Below, in pieces: positions 40,991-52,800 of a stretch of 64,000 nucleotides of DNA. The position numbers and the translations under genes are program-made. Source of the DNA: Auanema rhodensis. Its lineage: Eukaryota > Animalia > Nematoda. Below the pieces are notes generated by a model, which saw only the letters and a list, made by a program, of their open reading frames with translations, was not told the origin of the DNA and did no database searches. Where the stretch lies: NCBI GenBank assembly GCA_964057225.1, contig OZ059895.1, forward strand, positions 18,662,001 to 18,726,000. The letters are read 5' to 3'. The stretch's first letter is position 1; every line of letters starts with the position of its first letter.

Positions 40991-41631
40991 ACAGCTCCTG
41001 AGCTCTTCAGACTCCGAAGTCCTTTTACAGCTCTGCCGTACTCGCGGAAAAACAAAAGAATGAGCAAGGTATTTTATTATTTAACTTGAAGCTTTCATTT
41101 ATAAGCTTATTCTCAGAAATTCCATAAGAACAACTGAAAAAATAACTTTCATATGATAGTTCTGCAGAAGAAAGACAAGAACAACTGGCATTACGGCCAA
41201 CAGCTCCTGAGCTCTTCAAACTCCGAAGTCCTTTTACAGCTCTGCCGTACTCGCGGAAAAACAAAAGAATGAGCAAGGTATTTTATTATTTAACTTGAAG
41301 CTTTCATTTATAAGCTTATTCTCAGAAATTCCATAAGAACAACTGAAAAAATAACTTCCATATGATAGTTCTGCAGAAGAAAGACAAGAACAACTGGCAT
41401 TACGGCCAACAGCTCCTGAGCTCTTCAAACTCCGAAGTCCTTTTACAGCTCTGCCGTACTCGCGGAAAAACAAAAGAATGAGCAAGGTATTTTATTATTT
41501 AACTTGAAGCTTTCATTTATAAGCTTATTCTCAGAAATTCCATAAGAACAACTGAAAAAATAACTTCCATATGATAGTTCTGCAGAAGAAAGACAAGAAC
41601 AACTGGCATTACGGCCAACAGCTCCTGAGCT
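40991..41631 (+). repeat. 209-bp tandem repeat, 3 copies
   Basis: ACAGCTCCTGAGCT recurs at 40991, 41200, 41409 and 41618. Confidence 0.97.
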
Positions 41632-44600
41632 GGATCTTCTTCGATTCTTCCTCGGCTCTTCGATTCTTCCTCGGCTCTTCGATTCTTCCTCGGCTCTTCG
41701 ATTCTTCCTCGGCTCTTCGGTTTCTTCTTGACTCTTCGGTTCTTCTTCGGTTTCTCCTGGACTCTTCGGTTCTTTTTCGGTTTTTTGGTTCCACCTGGAC
41801 TCTTCCGTTCTTCCTAGACTCTTCGGTTCTTCCTCGGCTCTTCGGTTGTTCCTGCACCATTCGATTCCTCCTGGACTCTTCGGTCCTCCCTAGGCTTCTC
41901 GGCTCTTCGATTCTTCCTCGGCTCTTCGGTTTCTTCGATTCTTCCTCGGCTCTTCGGTTCTTTTTCGGTTTTTTGGTTCCACCTGGACTCTTCCGTTCTT
42001 CCTAGACTCTTCGGTTCTTACTAGGCTCCTCGGCTCTTCGATTCTTCCTAGGCTCTTCGGTTTCTCCTAGACTCTCCGGTTCCTCCTGGACTCTTCGGTT
42101 TCTTCTGGACTCTTCGGTTCTTCCTTTTGTTCCTCGTCTCTTTGTTTCTTCCTCTGCTTCTTCTTGGCTCTTCGGCTTTTCGGCTCTTCGGCTCTTCGGT
42201 TCCTCCTGGACCTATCGGTTCTTCCTAGGCTCCTCGGCTCTTCGATTCTTCCTCGGCTCTTCGATTCTTCCTCGGCTCTTCGATTCTTCCTCGGCTCTTC
42301 GGTTTCTTCTTGACTCTTCCTTTCTTCTTCGGTTTCTCCTGGACTCTTCGGTTCTTTTTCGGTTTTTCGGTTTCACCTGGACTCTTCCGTTCTTCCTAGG
42401 CTTCTCGGCTCTTCGGTTTCTTCGATTCTTCCTCGGCTCTTCGGTTCTTTTTCGGTTTTTTGGTTCCACCTGGACTCTTCCGTTCTTCCTAGACTCTTCG
42501 GTTCTTACTAGGCTCCTCGGCTCTTCGATTCTTCCTCGGCTCTTCGATTCTTCCTCGGCTCTTCGGTTTCTTCTTGACTCTTCGGTTTCTCCTGGACTCT
42601 TCGGTTCTTTTTCGGTTTTTTGGTTCCACCTGGACTCTTCCGTTCTTCCTAGACTCTTCGGTTCTTACTAGGCTCTTCTTTTCTTCCTGGACTCTTCGGT
42701 TGTTCCTCGGCTCTTTGGTTGTTCCTGCACCATTCGATTCCTCCTGGACTCTTCGGTCCTTCCTAGGCTTCTCGGCTCTTCGATTCTTCCTCGGCTCTTC
42801 GGTTTCTTCGATTCTTCCTCGGCTCTTCGGTTTCTTCTGGACTCTTCGGTTCTTTTTCGGTTTTTTGGTTCCACCTGGACTCTTCCGTTCTTCCTAGACT
42901 CTTCGGTTCTTCCTCGGCTCTTCGGTTCTTCCTGGACTCTTCGGTTGTTCCTCGGCTCTTTGGTTGTTCCTGCACCATTCGATTCCTCCTGGACTCTTCG
43001 GTCCTTCCTAGGCTTCTCGGCTCTTCGATTCTTCCTCGGCTCTTCGGTTTCTTCGATTCTTCCTCGGCTCTTCGGTTTCTTCTGGACTCTTCGGTTCTTT
43101 TTCGGTTTTTTGGTTCCACCTGGACTCTTCCGTTTTTCCTAGACTCTTCGGTTCTTCCTCGGCTCTTCGGTTCTTCCTGGACTCTTCGGTTGTTCCTCGG
43201 CTCTTTGGTTGTTCCTGCACCATTCGATTCCTCCTGGACTCTTCGGTCCTTCCTAGGCTTCTCGGCTCTTCGATTCTTCCTCGGCTCTTCGGTTTCTCCT
43301 GGACCCTTCGGTTCTTCCTCAGCTTCTCCTCAGCTTTTCGATTCTTCCTATGCTCTTCTGCTCTTCGGTTCTTCCTCGGCTCTTCGGTTTCTTCTGGACT
43401 CTTGGGTTTTTTTTCGGTTTTTTGGTTCCACCTGGACTCTTCCGTTCTTCCTAGACTCTTCGGTTTCTCCTGGACTCTTCGGTTCTTTTTCGGTTTTTTG
43501 GTTCCACCTGGACTCTTCCGTTCTTCCTAGACTCTTCGGTTCTTACTAGGCTCCTCGGCTCTTCGATTCTTCCTAGGCTCTTCGGTTTCTCCTAGACTCT
43601 CCGGTTCCTCCTGGACTCTTCGGTTTCTTCTGGACTCTTCGGTTCTTCCTTTTGTTCCTCGTCTCTTTCTTTCTTCCTCTGCTTCTTCTTGGCTCTTCGG
43701 CTTTTCGGCTCTTCGGCTCTTCGGTTCCTCCTGGACCTATCGGTTCTTCCTAGGCTCCTCGGCTCTTCGATTCTTCCTCGGCTCTTCGATTCTTCCTCGG
43801 CTCTTCGATTCTTCCTCGGCTCTTCGGTTTCTTCTTGACTCTTCGGTTCTTCTTCGGTTTCTCCTGGACTCTTCGGTTCTTTTTCGGTTTTTCGGTTTCA
43901 CCTGGACTCTTCCGTTCTTCCTAGGCTTCTCGGCTCTTCTATTCTTCCTCGGCTCTTCGGTTTCTTCGATTCTTCCTCGGCTCTTCGGTTCTTTTTCGGT
44001 TTTTTGGTTCCACCTGGACTCTTCCGTTCTTCCTAGACTCTTCGGTTCTTACTAGGCTCCTCGGCTCTTCGATTCTTCCTCGGCTCTTCGATTCTTCCTC
44101 GGCTCTTCGGTTTCTTCTTGACTCTTCGGTTCTTCTTCGGTTTCTCCTGGACTCTTCGGTTCTTTTTCGGTTTTTTGGTTCCACCTGGACTCTTCCGTTC
44201 TTCCTAGACTCTTCGGTTCTTACTAGGCTCCTCGGCTCTTCGATTCTTCTTCGGCTCTTCGATTCTTCCTCGGCTCTTCGATTCTTCCTCGGCTCTTCGA
44301 TTCTTCCTCGGCTCTTCGGTTTCTTCTTGACTCTTCGGTTCTTCTTCGGTTTCTCCTGGACTCTTCGGTTCTTTTTCGGTTTTTTGGTTCCACCTGGACT
44401 CTTCCGTTCTTCCTAGACTCTTCGGTTCTTCCTCGGCTCTTCTTTTCTTCCTGGACTCTTCGGTTGTTCCTCGGCTCTTTGGTTGTTCCTGCACCATTCG
44501 ATTCCTCCTGGACTCTTCGGTCCTTCCTAGGCTTCTCGGCTCTTCGATTCTTCCTCGGCTCTTCGATTCTTCCTCGGCTCTTCGATTCTTCCTCGGCTCT

Positions 44601-46830
44601 TCGGTTTCTTCTTGACTCTTCGGTTCTTCTTCGGTTTCTCCTGGACTCTTCGGTTCTTTTTCCTTTTTTTTGGTTCCACCTGGACTCTTCCGTTCTTCCT
44701 AGACTCTTCGGTTCTTCCTCGGCTCTTCTTTTCTTCCTGGACTCTTCGGTTGTTCCTCGGCTCTTTGGTTGTTCCTGCACCATTCGATTCCTCCTGGACT
44801 CTTCGGTCCTTCCTAGGCTTCTCGGCTCTTCGATTCTTCCTCGGCTCTTCGATTCTTCCTCGGCTCTTCGATTCTTCCTCGGCTCTTCGGTTTCTTCTTG
44901 ACTCTTCGGTTCTTCTTCGGTTTCTCCTGGACTCTTCGGTTCTTTTTCCTTTTTTTTGGTTCCACCTGGACTCTTCCGTTCTTCCTAGACTCTTCGGTTC
45001 TTCCTCGGCTCTTCTTTTCTTCCTGGACTCTTCGGTTGTTCCTCGGCTCTTTGGTTGTTCCTGCACCATTCGATTCCTCCTGGACTCTTCGGTCCTTCCT
45101 AGGCTTCTCGGCTCTTCGATTCTTCCTCGGCTCTTCGATTCTTCCTCGGCTCTTCGATTCTTCCTCGGCTCTTCGATTCTTCCTCGGCTCTTCGGTTTCT
45201 TCTTGACTCTTCGGTTTTTTGGTTCCACCTGGACTCTTCCGTTCTTCCTAGACTCTTCGGTTCTTTTTCGGTTTTTTGGTTCCACCTGGACTCTTCCGTT
45301 CTTCCTAGACTCTTCGGTTCTTCCTCGGCTCTTCCGTTCTTCCTAGACTCTTCGGTTCTTTTTCGGTTTTTTGGTTCCACCTGGACTCTTCCGTTCTTCC
45401 TAGACTCTTCGGTTCTTCCTCGGCTCTTCTTTTCTTCCTGGACTCTTCGGTTCTTTTTCGGTTTTTTGGTTCCACCTGGACTCTTCCGTTCTTCCTAGAC
45501 TCTTCGGTTCTTACTAGGCTCCTCGGCTCTTCGATTCTTCCTCGGCTCTTCGATTCTTCCTCGGCTCTTCGATTCTTCCTCGGCTCTTCGATTCTTCCTC
45601 GGCTCTTCGGTTTCTTCTTGACTCTTCGGTTTTTTGGTTCCACCTGGACTCTTCCGTTCTTCCTAGACTCTTCGGTTCTTCCTCGGCTCTTCTTTTCTTC
45701 CTGGACTCTTCGGTTGTTCCTCGGCTCTTTGGTTGCTCCTGCACCATTCGATTCCTCCTGGACTCTTCGGTCCTTCCTAGGCTTCTCGGCTCTTCGATTC
45801 TTCCTCGGCTCTTCGGTTTCTTCGATTCTTCCTCGGCTCTTCGGTTTCTTCTGGACTCTTCGGTTCTTTTTCGGTTTTTTGTTCCACCTGGACTCTTCCG
45901 TTCTTCCTGGACTCTTCGGTCCTTCCTAGGCTTCTCGGCTCTTCGATTCTTCCTCGGCTCTTCGGTTTCTTCGATTCTTCCTCGGCTCTTCGGTTTCTTC
46001 TGGACTCTTCGGTTCTTTTTCGGTTTTTTGGTTCCACCTGGACTCTTCCGTTCTTCCTAGACTCTTCGGTTCTTCCTCGGCTCTTCGGTTCTTCCTGGAC
46101 TCTTCGGTTGTTCCTCGGCTTCTCCTCAGCTTTTCGATTCTTCCTATGCTCTTCTGCTCTTCGGTTCTTCCTCGGCTCTTCGGTTTCTTCTGGACTCTTG
46201 GGTTCTTTTTCGGTTTTTTGGTTCCACCTGGACTCTTCCGTTCTTCCTAGACTCTTCTGTTTCTCCTGGACTCTTCGGTTCTTTTTCGGTTTTTTGGTTC
46301 CACCTGGACTCTTCCGTTCTTCCTACACTCTTCGGTTTCTCCTGGTCCTTCCTCTTGTTCCTCGTCTCTTCGTTTCTTCCTCTGCTTCTTCTTGGTTCTT
46401 CCTAGGCTCTTCGACTCTTCTGTTCCACCTCGACTCGTCGGTTCTTCCTCGGCTCCTCGACTCTTCGATTCTTTCTCGGTTCTTCGGTTTCTTCTGGACT
46501 CTTCGGTTCTTCTTCGGTTTTTTGGTTCCACCTGGACTCTTCCGTTCTTCCTAGACTCTTCGGTTTCTCCTGGACTCTTCGGTTTCTCCTGGTCCTTCCT
46601 CTTGTTCCTCGTCTCTTCGTTTCTTCCTCTGCTTCTTCTTGGTTCTTCCTAGGCTCTTCGGCTCTTCGGTTCCTCCTGGACTCGTCGGTTCTTCCTAGGC
46701 TCCTCGGCTCTTCGATTCTCCCTAAGCTCTTCGGTTTCTCCTAGACTCTCCGGTTCCTCCTGGACTCTTCGGTTCCTCCTGGACTCTTCGGTTCCTCCTG
46801 GACTGTTCGGTTCCTCATCGGCTCTTCGAC
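41632..46830 (+). repeat. Pyrimidine-rich modular minisatellite (CTCTTCGATT/CTTCCTCGG/GGACTCTTCGGTT modules) with higher-order repeats, right outer arm of the palindrome
   Basis: Seen directly; runs of 19-bp CTCTTCGATTCTTCCTCGG, and landmarks such as CCTGCACCATTCGATT recurring every ~230-290 bp in places. Confidence 0.95.
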
Positions 46831-46832
46831 TG

Positions 46833-49800
46833 TATTCACGTTGTGCCCGGTGAATGTCCCTTTTTCTCTAAGATGATCAACTATATTCAAATAAAAATAA
46901 TCTGAGCTTGGGTATTCAGATGTGAAGAATCTTAATTTCCTAGTGAGATTTAGCTGGGACTTCTCCTCATTCCGGAAAACAGGTTTATATCCAGCCCCTC
47001 CAGAAGATTTGTTCACAAAAAGGTTCAGGCTCTTTTCACGTTGTGCCCGGTGAATGTCCCTTTTTCTCTAAGATGATCAACAATATTCAAATAAAAATAT
47101 TCTGAGCTTGGGTATTCAGATGTGAAGAATCTTAATTTCCTAGTGAGATTTAGCTGGGACTCCTCCTCATTCCGGAAAACAGGTTTATATCCAGCCCATC
47201 CGGAAGATTTGTTCACAAAAAGGTTCAGGCTCTTTTCACGTTGTGCCCGGTGAATGTCCCTTTTTCTCTAAGATGATCAACTATATTCAAATAAAAATAT
47301 TCTGAGGATAGGTATTCAGATGTGAAGAATCTTAATTTCCTAGTGAGATTTAGCTGGGACTTCTCCTCATTCCGGAAAACAGGTTTATATCCAGCCCCTC
47401 CAGAAGATTTGTTCACAAAAAAGTTCAGGCTCTTTTCACGTTGTGCCCGGTGAATGTCCCTTTTTCTCTGAGATCATCAACTATATTCAAATAAAAATAA
47501 TCTGAGGTTGGGTATTCAGATGTGAAGAATCTTAATTTCCTAGTGAGATTTAGCTGGGACTTCTCCTCATTCCGGAAAACAGGTTTATATCGAGCCCCTC
47601 CAGAAGATTTGTTCACAAAAAAGTTCAGGCTCTTTTCACGTTGTGCCCGGTGAATGTCCCTTTTTCTCTGAGATCATCAACTATATTCAAATAAAAATAA
47701 TCTGAGGTTGGGTATTCAGATGTGAAAAATCTCAATTTCCTAGTGAGATTTTGCTGGGACTTCTCCTCATTCCGGAAAACAGGTTTATATCGAGCCCCTC
47801 CAGAAGATTTGTTCACAAAAAGGTTCAGGCTCTATTCACGTTGTGCCCGGTGAATGTCCCTTTTTCTCTAAGATGATCAACTATATTCAAATAAAAATAT
47901 TCTGAGGATAGGTATTCAGATGTGAAGAATCTTAATTTCCTAGTGAGATTTAGCTGGGACTTCTCCTCATTCCGGAAAACAGGTTTATATCCAGCCCATC
48001 CAGAAGATTTGTTCACAAAAAGGTTCAGGCTCTATTCACGTTGTGCCCGGTGAATGTCCCTTTTTCTCTAAGATGATCAACTATATTCAAATAAAAATAT
48101 TCTGAGGATAGGTATTCAGATGTGAAGAATCTTAATTTCCTAGTGAGATTTAGCTGGGACTTCTCCTCATTCCGGAAAACAGGTTTATATCCAGCCCATC
48201 CAGAAGATTTGTTCACAAAAAGGTTCAGGCTCTATTCACGTTGTGCCCGGTGAATGTCCCTTTTTCTCTAAGATGATCAACTATATTCAAATAAAAATAT
48301 TCTGAGGATAGGTATTCAGATGTGAAGAATCTTAATTTCCTAGTGAGATTTAGCTGGGACTTCTCCTCATTCCGGAAAACAGGTTTATATCCAGCCCATC
48401 CAGAAGATTTGTTCACAAAAAGGTTCAGGCTCTATTCACGTTGTGCCCGGTGAATGTCCCTTTTTCTCTAAGATGATCAACTATATTCAAATAAAAATAT
48501 TCTGAGGATAGGTATTCAGATGTGAAGAATCTTAATTTCCTAGTGAGATTTTGCTGGGACTTCTCCTCATTCCGGAAAACAGGTTTATATCCAGCCCATC
48601 CAGAAGATTTGTTCACAAAAAGGTTCAGGCTCTATTCACGTTGTGCCCGGTGAATGTCCCTTTTTCTCTAAGATGATCAACTATATTCAAATAAAAATAT
48701 TCTGAGGATAGGTATTCAGATGTGAAGAATCTTAATTTCCTAGTGAGATTTTGCTGGGACTTCTCCTCATTCCGGAAAACAGGTTTATATCCAGCCCATC
48801 CAGAAGATTTGTTCACAAAAAGGTTCAGGCTCTATTCACGTTGTGCCCGGTGAATGTCCCTTTTTCTCTAAGATGATCAACTATATTCAAATAAAAATAT
48901 TCTGAGGATAGGTATTCAGATGTGAAGAATCTTAATTTCCTAGTGAGATTTAGCTGGGACTTCTCCTCATTCCGGAAAACAGGTTTATATCCAGCCCATC
49001 CGGAAGATTTGTTCACAAAAAGGTTCAGGCTCTATTCACGTTGTGCCCGGTGAATGTCCCTTTTTCTCTAAGATGATCAACTATATTCAAATAAAAATAT
49101 TCTGAGGATAGGTATTCAGATGTGAAGAATCTTAATTTCCTAGTGAGATTTTGCTGGGACTTCTCCTCATTCCGGAAAACAGGTTTATATCCAGCCCATC
49201 CAGAAGATTTGTTCACAAAAAGGTTCAGGCTCTATTCACGTTGTGCCCGGTGAATGTCCCTTTTTCTCTAAGATGATCAACTATATTCAAATAAAAATAT
49301 TCTGAGGATAGGTATTCAGATGTGAAGAATCTTAATTTCCTAGTGAGATTTAGCTGGGACTTCTCCTCATTCCGGAAAACAGGTTTATATCCAGCCCATC
49401 CGGAAGATTTGTTCACAAAAAGGTTCAGGCTCTATTCACGTTGTGCCCGGTGAATGTCCCTTTTTCTCTAAGATGATCAACTATATTCAAATAAAAATAT
49501 TCTGAGGATAGGTATTCAGATGTGAAGAATCTTAATTTCCTAGTGAGATTTAGCTGGGACTTCTCCTCATTCCGGAAAACAGGTTTATATCCAGCCCATC
49601 CGGAAGATTTGTTCACAAAAAGGTTCAGGCTCTATTCACGTTGTGCCCGGTGAATATCCCTTTTTCTCTAAGATCATCAACTATATTCAAATAAAAATGT
49701 TCTGAGGATAGGTATTCAGATGTGAAGAATCTTAATTTCCTAGTGAGATTTAGCTGGGACTTCTCCTCATTCCGGAAAACAGGTTTATATCGAGCCCCTC

Positions 49801-52800
49801 CAGAAGATTTGTTCACAAAAAAGTTCAGGCTCTTTTCACGTTGTGCCCGGTGAATGTCCCTTTTTCTCTGAGATCATCAACTATATTCAAATAAAAATAA
49901 TCTGAGGTTGGGTATTCAGATGTGAAGAATCTTAATTTCCTAGTGAGATTTAGCTGGGACTTCTCCTCATTCCGGAAAACAGGTTTATATCGAGCCCCTC
50001 CAGAAGATTTGTTCACAAAAAAGTTCAGGCTCTTTTCACGTTGTGCCCGGTGAATGTCCCTTTTTCTCTGAGATCATCAACTATATTCAAATAAAAATAT
50101 TCTGAGGATAGGTATTCAGATGTGAAGAATCTTAATTTCCTAGTGAGATTTTGCTGGGACTTCTCCTCATTCCGGAAAACAGGTTTATATCCAGCCCATC
50201 CGGAAGATTTGTTCACAAAAAGGTTCAGGCTCTTTTCACGTTGTGCCCGGTGAATGTCCCTTTTTCTCTGAGATCATCAACTATATTCAAATAAAGATAA
50301 TCTGAGGTTGGGTATTCAGATGTGAAGAATCTTAATTTCCTAGTGAGATTTTGCTGGGACTTCTCCTCATTCAGGAAAACAAGTTATATCCAGCCCATCC
50401 AGAAGATTTGTTCACAAAAAGGTTCAGGCTCTATTCACGTTGTGCCCGGTGAATGTCCCTTTTTCTCTAAGATGATCAACTATATTCGAATAAAATTATT
50501 CTGAGCTTGGGTATTCAGATGTGAAGAATCTTAATTTCCTAGTGAGATTTTGCTGGGACTTCTCCTCATTCCGGAAAACAGGTTTATATCCAGCCCATCC
50601 GGAAGATTTGTTCACAAAAAGGTTCAGGCTCTATTCACGTTGTGCCCGGTGAATGTCCCTTTTTCTCTAAGATGATCAACTATATTAAAATAAAAATAAT
50701 CTGAGGATAGGTATTCAGATGTGAAGAATCTTAATTTCCTAGTAAGATTTAGCTGGGACTTCTCCTCATTCCGGAAAACAGGTTTATATCGAGCCCATCC
50801 AGAAGATTTGTTCACAAAAAGGTTCAGGCTCTATTCACGTTGTGCCCGGTGAATGTCCCTTTTTCTCTAAGATCATCAACTATATTCAAATAAAAATATT
50901 CTGAGGTTGGGTATTCAGATGTGAAGAATCTTAATTTCCTAGTAAGATTTAGCTGGGACTTCTCCTCATTCCGGAAAACAGGTTTATATCGAGCCCATCC
51001 AGAAGATTTGTTCACAAAAAGGTTCAGGCTCTATTCACGTTGTGCCCGGTGAATGTCCCTTTTTCTCTAAGATCATCAACTATATTCAAATAAAAATATT
51101 CTGAGGTTGGGTATTCAGATGTGAAGAATCTTAATTTCCTAGTAAGATTTAGCTGGGACTTCTCCTTATTCCGGAAAACAGGTTTATATCGAGCCCATCC
51201 AGAAGATTTGTTCACAAAAAGGTTCAGGCTCTATTCACGTTGTGCCCGGTGAATGTCCCTTTTTCTCTAAGATCATCAACTATATTCAAATAAAAATATT
51301 CTGAGGTTGGGTATTCAGATGTGAAGAATCTTAATTTCCTAGTAAGATTTAGCTGGGACTTCTCCTTATTCCGGAAAACAGGTTTATATCGAGCCCATCC
51401 AGAAGATTTGTTCACAAAAAGGTTCAGGCTCTATTCACGTTGTGCCCGGTGAATGTCCCTTTTTCTCTAAGATCATCAACTATATTCAAATAAAAATATT
51501 CTGAGGTTGGGTATTCAGATGTGAAGAATCTTAATTTCCTAGTGAGATTTAGCTGGGACTTCTCCTTATTCCGGAAAACAGGTTTATATCGTGCCCATCC
51601 ATAAGATTTGTTCACAAAAAGGTTCAGGCTCTATTCACGTTGTGCCCGGTGAATGTCCCTTTTTCTCTAAGATCATCAACTATATTCAAATAAAAATATT
51701 CTGAGGTTGGGTATTCAGATGTGAAGAATCTTAATTTCCTAGTAAGATTTAGCTGGGACTTCTCCTTATTCCGGAAAACAGGTTTATATCGAGCCCATCC
51801 AGAAGATTTGTTCACAAAAAGGTTCAGGCTCTATTCACGTTGTGCCCGGTGAATGTCCCTTTTTCTCTAAGATGATCAACTATATTCAAATAAAAATATT
51901 CTGAGGTTGGGTATTCAGATGTGAAGAATCTTAATTTCCTAGTAAGATTTAGCTGGGACTTCTCCTTATTCCGGAAAACAGGTTTATATCCAGCCCATCC
52001 AGAAGATTTGTTCACAAAAAGGTTCAGGCTCTATTCACGTTGTGCCCGGTGAATGTCCCTTTTTCTCTAAGATGATCAACTATATTCAAATAAAAATATT
52101 CTGAGGTTGGGTATTCAGATGTGAAGAATCTTAATTTCCTAGTAAGATTTAGCTGGGACTTCTCCTTATTCCGGAAAACAGGTTTATATCGTGCCCATCC
52201 ATAAGATTTGTTCACAAAAAGGTTCAGGCTCTATTCACGTTGTGCCCGGTGAATGTCCCTTTTTCTCTAAGATCATCAACTATATTCAAATAAAAATATT
52301 CTGAGGATAGGTATTCAGATGTGAAGAATCTTAATTTCCTAGTAAGATTTAGCTGGGACTTCTCCTTATTCCGGAAAACAGGTTTATATCGTGCCCATCC
52401 ATAAGATTTGTTCACAAAAAGGTTCAGGCTCTATTCACGTTGTGCCCGGTGAATGTCCCTTTTTCTCTAAGATCATCAACTATATTCAAATAAAAATATT
52501 CTGAGGTTGGGTATTCAGATGTGAAGAATCTTAATTTCCTAGTAAGATTTAGCTGGGACTTCTCCTTATTCCGGAAAACAGGTTTATATCGTGCCCATCC
52601 ATAAGATTTGTTCACAAAAAGGTTCAGGCTCTATTCACGTTGTGCCCGGTGAATGTCCCTTTTTCTCTAAGATCATCAACTATATTCAAATAAAAATATT
52701 CTGAGGTTGGGTATTCAGATGTGAAGAATCTTAATTTCCTAGTAAGATTTAGCTGGGACTTCTCCTTATTCCGGAAAACAGGTTTATATCGAGCCCATCC

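Noticed and set aside
36688-46800. Many E/R/K-rich or F/S/L-rich ORFs, including the mirrored MIVLQKKDKNNWHYGQQ ORFs
   Set aside because: Products of low-complexity 9-10/19-bp modules with constant frame shifts; no consistent coding frame.
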